Assembly (NCBI GenBank): GCA_014384545.1
Contig: JACNFQ010000089.1
Location: 5,603 to 69,602 of the forward strand
DNA from: a bacterium
GTDB taxonomy: Bacteria; UBP7; UBA6624
Reading direction: 5' to 3'
Length of the DNA stretch: 64,000 nt
In this document: positions 57,607-64,000 of the stretch, piece after piece
Numbering within the stretch: position 1 is the first letter of the stretch
Layout of the letters: each line of letters opens with the position of its first letter
Position numbers and translations under genes: made by a program
The notes under the pieces: model-generated
The model's input: the letters and a program-made list of their open reading frames with translations, nothing else
What the model was told of the DNA's origin: nothing
Database searches by the model: none

Positions 57607-58946
57607 AGGTTGTCGTTGCTGGGATGGGGTATGTGGGGCTGGTTACAGGTTTGGTGTTGGCTGAAATGGGACACGAAGTGGTGGGAATGGAGAAGGATAA
57701 GAAGAAGAGGGAGCTTCTAAGAAGCGGCATCCCTCCTTTTTATGAACCCCACCTAGAAGAGTTGCTGGCGCGCCATACAGAGGTGGTTTATCCAGATGAA
57801 TGGGGCGGGTGGGGGGCATGCGCAGATGTCATCATCGTCTCAGTAGGAACCCCCCCCCTCCCCCAAGGGGGCTCTGATTTGTCTCAAGTTCGAGCTCTTG
57901 CCCAAGAGATTGCTCGTGCAGGAATTGGGAAAGAGACGGTCATCATCAACAAGTCAACTGTCCCAATGGGAACGGGGGGGTGGCTATCACGAGAGATTCA
58001 TTCTCATATGAAAGGGCAGAGGTTTCTTCCCCGTGTCGCTTCTTGTCCCGAGTTTCTTAGAGAAGGTGTCGCCTTTTATGACGCTTTCTATCCAGACCGC
58101 ATCGTCATCGGTGCCGACCGTCCCACGACACGCGCGAAGGTCAGGATGTTGTTTGAGAAGATTGAGAAGCAAAACTTTGAACCCCCGCCCACCCTGGAAA
58201 GAGCGACGGGCAAGAGGGGAAGAGTTCCTGTGTTAGAGACGGGGCTAGAGAGTGCAGAGCTTATCAAATATGCTTCCAACGCATTCCTAGCTACAAAAAT
58301 CTCCTTTATCAACGAAGTGGCAAACATCTGCGATGCTGTGGGAGCAGACATTGGAGAGGTTTCTAAGGGGATGGGGTTAGATGCTCGCATAGCTGGTCGG
58401 TTCTTGCGCGCGGGATTGGGTTGGGGTGGTTCTTGTTTTGGGAAAGATGTCTCCTCCCTCTCTCACCAGGCAGCAGAGAGGGGGTATGTAGCACGACTTC
58501 TCCAGTCAGCGATTTCTGTAAATGCTTTCCAAAGAGAGAAGGCGGTTCAGAAGTTAGCTGAGGGGATGGGAGGTGTTCGAGGAAAGAGAGTTACTTTGTT
58601 GGGGATTTCGTTCAAACCAGGGACGAGCGACCTTAGGGATGCCCCGGCTCTGACGATCGCCCAAAAACTTATTGACCGAGGGGCACTTGTGACGGCGACA
58701 GACCCCGTTGCTCTACCTTTTGCAAGAGAAGAAGGTGTGCCCTTTTCCCTTGTAGCCTGCCCCTATGAAGCGATGGAGGGGGCAGACAGTGTTCTCTTGG
58801 CTACCGAGTGGCCCGATTACCTAGATTTGGATTGGGACCGCATCAAAAAGGGAATGCGTGGAAAGTTGGTGTTGGATGGAAGGAACTCCCTTGACCGAGC
58901 AGTCGTGGAAGGGGCGGGATTGAGGTATAAGGGGGTGGGAAGATAG
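57603..58946 (+). CDS. UDP-glucose/nucleotide-sugar 6-dehydrogenase
   Basis: N-terminal GMGYVGLV Rossmann fold, catalytic GWGGSCFGKDV, and the C-terminal UDP-binding domain. Confidence 0.9.
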   Translation: MKVVVAGMGYVGLVTGLVLAEMGHEVVGMEKDKKKRELLRSGIPPFYEPHLEELLARHTEVVYPDEWGGWGACADVIIVSVGTPPLPQGGSDLSQVRALAQEIARAGIGKETVIINKSTVPMGTGGWLSREIHSHMKGQRFLPRVASCPEFLREGVAFYDAFYPDRIVIGADRPTTRAKVRMLFEKIEKQNFEPPPTLERATGKRGRVPVLETGLESAELIKYASNAFLATKISFINEVANICDAVGADIGEVSKGMGLDARIAGRFLRAGLGWGGSCFGKDVSSLSHQAAERGYVARLLQSAISVNAFQREKAVQKLAEGMGGVRGKRVTLLGISFKPGTSDLRDAPALTIAQKLIDRGALVTATDPVALPFAREEGVPFSLVACPYEAMEGADSVLLATEWPDYLDLDWDRIKKGMRGKLVLDGRNSLDRAVVEGAGLRYKGVGR

Positions 58947-59885
58947 GTGAACCACCTTATTGCTGGTGGGGCAGGGTTCTTGGGAGGACACCTTGCAAAG
59001 AGCGTATTAGATAGGGGGGGGCGCGTCGTTGTTCTTGATAACCTCATTACAGGGAAAAAGGAGAACATCCCAAAGGGGGCGGACTTTATTCAGGAGGATG
59101 TGAGTTTTTGGGGGTGGGAACTCCCCTGGAGAGTTGATAGAGTTTGGCATTTGGCAAGTCCAGCTAGTCCTCCCCGCTATAGAGAAAACCCTTGGGAGAC
59201 GATAGCTGCCAATACGAAAGGAACAGAGAATCTGGTGAGGTTGGCTAAAGAGAACAAGGCAAGATTTCTTTATGCCTCTACAAGTGAGGTATATGGAGAT
59301 CCTGAAGTTCATCCCCAAACCGAAGAGTATAAAGGGTCGGTAGAGACTTTAGGACCTCGAGCATGTTATGACGTTTCCAAGCGGATGGGGGAAACGATCG
59401 TGTGGGAAGGGGGACAGTTGGGGGTTGAGTGCCGAATTGCACGCATATTCAACACCTATGGCACCCAAATGGACCCCCGAGATGGGCGGGTCGTCACAAA
59501 CATGGTAGGGCAAGCTCTTCTCAACAAACCCCTCACCCTGTTTGGGGATGGACTCCAGACAAGATCATTCTGCTATGTGGACGACATGGTAGAAGGACTC
59601 GTTGCGCTCATGGAGAGCAACGATCTCCAGGCGACACCTGTCAATCTAGGGAACGACAAAGAGATTACGATGGTGGCATTGGCCGATACGATTGAGAGGG
59701 TGGTGGGTTCAAATTGTGGACGAATAGAGAAACCCCTACCCCAAGATGACCCCCAGCGAAGACGCCCAGACCTAAGCCGCGCAAGGAGGTTCTTGTCTTG
59801 GTCGCCCAAGGTAGAACTTGAAGACGGGTTGAGGATGGTGGTGGATTGGTTCAAGGAGATTGGAGCATCAGGATGGGAAAAGTGA
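58947..59885 (+). CDS. UDP-glucuronate decarboxylase (UDP-xylose synthase)-like SDR
   Basis: GGAGFLG, YASTSEVYGDP, the YDVSKR catalytic dyad, and typical UXS length and blocks. Confidence 0.8.
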   Translation: MNHLIAGGAGFLGGHLAKSVLDRGGRVVVLDNLITGKKENIPKGADFIQEDVSFWGWELPWRVDRVWHLASPASPPRYRENPWETIAANTKGTENLVRLAKENKARFLYASTSEVYGDPEVHPQTEEYKGSVETLGPRACYDVSKRMGETIVWEGGQLGVECRIARIFNTYGTQMDPRDGRVVTNMVGQALLNKPLTLFGDGLQTRSFCYVDDMVEGLVALMESNDLQATPVNLGNDKEITMVALADTIERVVGSNCGRIEKPLPQDDPQRRRPDLSRARRFLSWSPKVELEDGLRMVVDWFKEIGASGWEK

Positions 59886-60328
59886 TACTCGTTACATCGG
59901 CTGGGGGGCACCTAACAAACCTCTTAGCTCTTCGAGATGCTTGGGAGGGGTGGGAAGAGACTTGGGTCTGTCGTGATGCCCTAGATGCACGAACGCGTCT
60001 AGAGGTGGATAAAGTGGAGTGGTTAGAAAAGGACGCAGATAGAAACCACCTTTGGAACTATTTGGGGGGGTTTGTTAGGGCCTGGAAAGGCGTGAAAAGA
60101 GAGAAACCAGACAGACTTATTACGATGGGAGCGGGACCCTGCCTACCTTGGGTCATAGCGGCACGAATCCAGGGTGTTCCTTGTCTCTATATTGAACTCT
60201 TTGGGCGCGTTGAAAAGCCCACCGTTTCAGCGAAGATTAGTCGTTGGTTTGGTGCCAAAGCATTCGTTCAACACCGGACCCTGTTACCACAGCTAAAAGG
60301 CTCAACTTATGAGGGTACGCTATGGTAA
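59873..60328 (+). CDS. Alg14-like glycosyltransferase accessory subunit
   Basis: KVILVTSAGGH...ITMGAGPCLPWVIAARI matches the Alg14/PssD family. Confidence 0.7.
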   Translation: MGKVILVTSAGGHLTNLLALRDAWEGWEETWVCRDALDARTRLEVDKVEWLEKDADRNHLWNYLGGFVRAWKGVKREKPDRLITMGAGPCLPWVIAARIQGVPCLYIELFGRVEKPTVSAKISRWFGAKAFVQHRTLLPQLKGSTYEGTLW

Positions 60329-60780
60329 AGGTCTTTGTCACTGTAGGTACTTACCCCTACCCTTTCCAAAGGTTGGTGGATGGGGCAGCAAAACTCCCTA
60401 CGGATTGGGACGTTGTGGTGCAATGGGGACACGCCGAAGGTGGGGGGCTAAAGGGGGCACCTTTCTTGGATTTTCCCACACAACTTCAACATATGAAAGA
60501 TGCTGATGTGGTGGTAACAACAGGTGGAGAGACCGTAACAGAGATTCTTCTATTGGGAAAGATGCCCGTTGTCGTTCCCCGCAAAGAGAGCGAAGGGGAG
60601 CACGTTAATGACCACCAAGTAGCTTTTGCCCATTACATGGCAGAGCGCGGCTGGGCTATACGAGGGGACAATAACCTTCAGGAGGCGATTGAAAGAGCTG
60701 CCAAGAGTCTCCCGGAGAAAAAAGCGCGTGAAGGCAACTTAAAAACCGCGATTAGAAACTGGTTAGAGGACGATAGTTGA
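60322..60780 (+). CDS. Alg13-like (GT28 C-terminal domain) glycosyltransferase catalytic subunit
   Basis: VFVTVGT..FQRLV and DADVVVTTGGETVTEILLLGKMPVVVP match Alg13/PssE. Confidence 0.75.
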   Translation: MVKVFVTVGTYPYPFQRLVDGAAKLPTDWDVVVQWGHAEGGGLKGAPFLDFPTQLQHMKDADVVVTTGGETVTEILLLGKMPVVVPRKESEGEHVNDHQVAFAHYMAERGWAIRGDNNLQEAIERAAKSLPEKKAREGNLKTAIRNWLEDDS

Positions 60781-60829
60781 GCCACATGTTATCAGATTGC
60801 AAGACAGATAACTCCCTTAGGATAATCTC

Positions 60830-62419
60830 TTGAAAAGAGTCTTCGTATTGGGGCTTGATGGGATGGCTTGGCATATCCTTCGTCGACGCTTTGAGCGAGG
60901 CGAAATGCCCTATTTAGAGTCCCTTGTAGAAGAAGGAGGATGGGGCACGCTCATGTCCGTTACTCCCCCCGTAACAGCACCAGCTTGGACGACTTTCCAA
61001 ACGGGTGTAATGCCCGGAACACATGGACTTCTTGATTTCACCATGGTCAAACCCAGAGGATACGAAACAACCCTAGTCAACTCTTCTACTTTTAGTGAAG
61101 AGACGATCTGGGAAACGGTGAGCAGGCATGGGGGGAAGGTTGTGGCAGTGAATGTGCCTCTCACATGGCCCCCCCGCCCCGTGGAGGGTATCCTCGTTGG
61201 AGGGATGCAATCCCCCACCCTTGATTCCCCCTTTATTTATCCCCCAGAACAAAAGGAAGAGCTCCTTAGAGAAGTGGGGGACTATCGGATTATTACGACA
61301 CAACATCGCTTTGCGGAGTGGGGGTTAGAGCGGTTTGTTGCCGAGCTAACAGCGACAGTGGAGGCTAGGTTCAGGATGGGAAAGGCTTGCCTTGATAGGG
61401 TAAGTGATTGGAATCTAGGGATGGTTCACATCCAATCTACAGATGTCTTTATGCACGCTGCGTACCCATCGGTAGATCCCACAGACCACCGCTATCTAGA
61501 AGAAGAGGAAGACCTCGTTGGGAGTTTTTACCAAAAACTAGATAAAGGAATCAAAGCCCTCCTTGAGCCAATGGTTGAAGAGGACATCCCAATCGTCGTT
61601 ATGAGTGACCACGGTTTTGGGGGTATTGACAGGGTCGCTTTCCCCAATGCATTCCTAAGAAAAAGGGGGCACCAAGCCCGTGCTGGCGGTCTAATGGGGA
61701 GGTTGTTGGGTGGCGTGTTGGGGGCGCTAAGAAAGTGGGACAAGTGGGGGCTAGGAGAGAGGTTGGGCAAAGCTCCTCGTGCCGCAGCAAATACGGCAGG
61801 AAGCGTTACTGAATGGGGAAAGACCAAGGCATTCCATATGGCCGGATGGGTGGGTGCGTTTATTCATATCAACAAGAAAGAGAGAGCAATGGGTAAGGTA
61901 GACCCTGAAGAGGAAGAAGAACTAAGAGAGAGATTGATAGAAGAGTTTACCCAGTGGAAGGGGAGAAATGGACGGCGGGTTGTGAAAGAGGTTCTTAGGG
62001 GTGTGGACATCTATCCAAACCTGAAAAAGGAGTGGGCTCCAGACCTTTACCTCGTTCCAGCAGAAGGGGTGGAGTTTAGTTCTTCCTTTATCCACGCCAC
62101 GGAAGGACCAGTATCCGTAGATAATAAGAGAGACCATGTAGGGAGCCATAGACCCGAGGGGATTTACATCGCACTTGGGCGTGGTGCCAAGAGGGGAGAA
62201 GGTGGCGATTATGGGTTGGTAGACCTTATGCCCACTCTCCTTTCTCTCTTAGAGATACCTGTAGGAGAACATCTAGAGGGATCTATCATGGATGACCTCT
62301 TCCCAGAACTCACCATGAAAGGCAAAGAGAGAGAAACGGGGGGTGGAAAAGGGGATACGGGTGGTGGAGACGATGATGAGATCATGGCTCAACGGCTTCG
62401 GGACTTGGGCTACCTTTGA
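60830..62419 (+). CDS. alkaline-phosphatase-superfamily phosphodiesterase (type I phosphodiesterase/NPP-like)
   Basis: GLDGM...SVTPPVTAPAWTTFQTGVMPGTHGL metal-site/nucleophile-Thr block. MSDHGFG. Confidence 0.7.
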   Translation: MKRVFVLGLDGMAWHILRRRFERGEMPYLESLVEEGGWGTLMSVTPPVTAPAWTTFQTGVMPGTHGLLDFTMVKPRGYETTLVNSSTFSEETIWETVSRHGGKVVAVNVPLTWPPRPVEGILVGGMQSPTLDSPFIYPPEQKEELLREVGDYRIITTQHRFAEWGLERFVAELTATVEARFRMGKACLDRVSDWNLGMVHIQSTDVFMHAAYPSVDPTDHRYLEEEEDLVGSFYQKLDKGIKALLEPMVEEDIPIVVMSDHGFGGIDRVAFPNAFLRKRGHQARAGGLMGRLLGGVLGALRKWDKWGLGERLGKAPRAAANTAGSVTEWGKTKAFHMAGWVGAFIHINKKERAMGKVDPEEEEELRERLIEEFTQWKGRNGRRVVKEVLRGVDIYPNLKKEWAPDLYLVPAEGVEFSSSFIHATEGPVSVDNKRDHVGSHRPEGIYIALGRGAKRGEGGDYGLVDLMPTLLSLLEIPVGEHLEGSIMDDLFPELTMKGKERETGGGKGDTGGGDDDEIMAQRLRDLGYL

Positions 62420-63498
62420 GCAAGAGTGTCGTCTTTCTTTCTAGTATTTCCTGGGGAATGACGTGGCAAAGACATCACGAGTGGGCGGTGGGGTTGGCAG
62501 AGAGAGGGTGGCAAGTTCAGTTTGTTGAAACGACAGGGAAGAGAATCCCCCCGCCGCTTGAAATCTTAAACCGGTGGGGACGCAAAACGGGTGTTGAGCG
62601 ACCGATACCAGAGGGAATAACGGTACATAAGCGACAGATTATTCCCCCGGCATGGGGGTGGATGCGACAGGTAAATCGCAGCGAGATAAAGAGATTCGCC
62701 AACGAGATCAATCTGCAGGCAGGGGGGGTGGTGGATGCGGTCGTGGTTCATCTTCCGACATGGACAAGTTTAGACTTAATGAGAGAGATAAGCCCTAAGA
62801 AAACCCTTTACGATTCGGCGTCCCTATTCAAGGAATTGAAGGGGACGATTCCCACATTGGACGAAGCAGAAAAGGAGATCTGTAGAACGGTTGAAAAGGT
62901 ATGGGCAGATGGCCCCTTCTTGGCAAAACACTGTAAGAAACAGGGTGCAAAAAAGGTCTCCGTCGTGGGACCTGGTGTTCACTTTCGTCGCTGGTGCGGG
63001 ATGGAACAGGGAAGAACACCTATAAAGACTGTCGGCTATTTTGGGATGGTTAGAAGGGAAGACCTTAACCTTTCCGTATTGAGGGGGTTGCCTAAGCATG
63101 GGATAGGCGTGCGTGTGGTAGGACCCGACCCGGAGGGGCTGCTGAGGGGATCAGATGTGCGTTGGGAACCTCCCGTTTCTCCCAAAGATCTTCCAAGGGC
63201 ACTTGCGGGGGTGGACGCTTTGATTCTTCCCTATAAGGGGACGAGGTTTACTGATGGCATCGTCCCTGCCAAAACGATGGAATGCCTAGCCTCGGGGCTT
63301 CCGGTCTTTGTGACGGGGCTCTCTTCTCTGATAGATAACCCTGCATTCATTCCAATTGAAGGGGGGGTGCGCAAGGTTGCTAATGCGATAAAGGGGCATA
63401 ACGAGAGTGATAAGAAAAGGGCATCTAGATGGGAAATAGCTAAGGAGAACGATTGGTCACAAAAGGTCAATCTTCTCGAGGCGGCACTCTCTACTTAA
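62416..63498 (+). CDS. GT-B glycosyltransferase (GT4/GT1 family)
   Basis: C-terminal E..E-type GT1 domain (ALILPYKG..VPAKTMECLASGLPVFVTG). Confidence 0.75.
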   Translation: MSKSVVFLSSISWGMTWQRHHEWAVGLAERGWQVQFVETTGKRIPPPLEILNRWGRKTGVERPIPEGITVHKRQIIPPAWGWMRQVNRSEIKRFANEINLQAGGVVDAVVVHLPTWTSLDLMREISPKKTLYDSASLFKELKGTIPTLDEAEKEICRTVEKVWADGPFLAKHCKKQGAKKVSVVGPGVHFRRWCGMEQGRTPIKTVGYFGMVRREDLNLSVLRGLPKHGIGVRVVGPDPEGLLRGSDVRWEPPVSPKDLPRALAGVDALILPYKGTRFTDGIVPAKTMECLASGLPVFVTGLSSLIDNPAFIPIEGGVRKVANAIKGHNESDKKRASRWEIAKENDWSQKVNLLEAALST

Positions 63499-64000
63499 TG
63501 GGGTGGGCACCCGCACTCTTTGCAGCATTGGCGACTCTTTGGTGGTGGTTGGGGTTAGATTTCTTGGCGCTTCCTCTCTTGGGGATACTTTCCTTGGTGT
63601 CAGGCGCCTTCACTCCGGGAAGGCGCGTCAGGATTCCCGCGCTGGGCTGGTGGATAGCGTTCTTGGTTTGGGCTTTGCTTTCTTTGGTGGTGAATGGTGA
63701 ATCAACCGCCCCCTTCTCCTTGCGGAGTCTTCTCTCATACGCTGCCTTTCCTGCTATCCTGTGGGGGGCACAACGCATTGCCCAGAGATTGGGACCACTA
63801 CCCCTAGTTCGAGGTGTAAGCTGGGGGGTACTAACAGCACATATTGTGGGCATTACAGCGACAATCTTGCAATGGCCCCCACCGTTCTGGGCTTTGGGCG
63901 CCTCAAGGGTTCCCCCAGCTATCCTCTTGACCGAACTGGGACAACAAGCACTCTTTAAAGAGGCAGTTAGACTCAAGGGGTCTCCCCTTCTTGGTCAGGT
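63498..64000 (+). CDS. polytopic membrane protein, possibly an O-antigen ligase/polymerase (5' part; continues beyond the window)
   Basis: Open frame from the ATG overlapping the GT stop (TAATG). Multiple hydrophobic segments (WWWLGLDFLALPLLGILSLV..). Confidence 0.4.
   Translation, partial: MGWAPALFAALATLWWWLGLDFLALPLLGILSLVSGAFTPGRRVRIPALGWWIAFLVWALLSLVVNGESTAPFSLRSLLSYAAFPAILWGAQRIAQRLGPLPLVRGVSWGVLTAHIVGITATILQWPPPFWALGASRVPPAILLTELGQQALFKEAVRLKGSPLLGQ

Overview
This is a gene-dense, high-GC bacterial chromosomal segment of about 60 genes with almost no non-coding DNA. It contains, in order:
- a complete Pho regulon (pstSCAB-pstB-phoU with a convergent phoR/phoB pair);
- a peptide and histidine catabolism patch (heparinase II/III-like protein, M24 peptidase, hutU, GAF sensor kinase, M32 carboxypeptidase, hutI);
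- an HD-GYP c-di-GMP phosphodiesterase and an ECF sigma/anti-sigma module;
- an amino-acid permease fused to tandem UspA domains;
- an AmpD-like amidase facing a roughly 965-aa uncharacterised protein that is co-transcribed with glycerate kinase;
- a tRNA-Pro(CGG) with duplicated 5' and 3' fragments;
- ksgA;
- a six-gene, translationally coupled operon tatA-tatC plus four Hdr/Flx/sulfhydrogenase-type subunit homologues (HdrA/MvhD-like, FrhB-like, AsrA/HydB-like, AsrB/PyrK-like) that have lost essentially all Fe-S cysteine ligands;
- a lipB-lipA-E1alpha-E1beta-E2-E3 2-oxoacid dehydrogenase operon;
- an orphan aconitase-family leuC-type gene and hbd;
- the dnaA-dnaN-DUF721-(degenerate phosphohexomutase)-gyrB replication-origin neighbourhood;
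- a surface-glycan cluster (WecA/MraY-like transferase, UDP-glucose dehydrogenase, UDP-xylose synthase, Alg14/Alg13-like pair, AP-superfamily phosphodiesterase, GT1, ligase/polymerase-like membrane protein).

The most unusual item is the cysteine-stripped Hdr/Flx-like operon fused to tatAC. The large unknown protein and the rearranged tRNA-Pro locus are second-tier.

All calls are from reading motifs in the supplied translations. No database search was possible.
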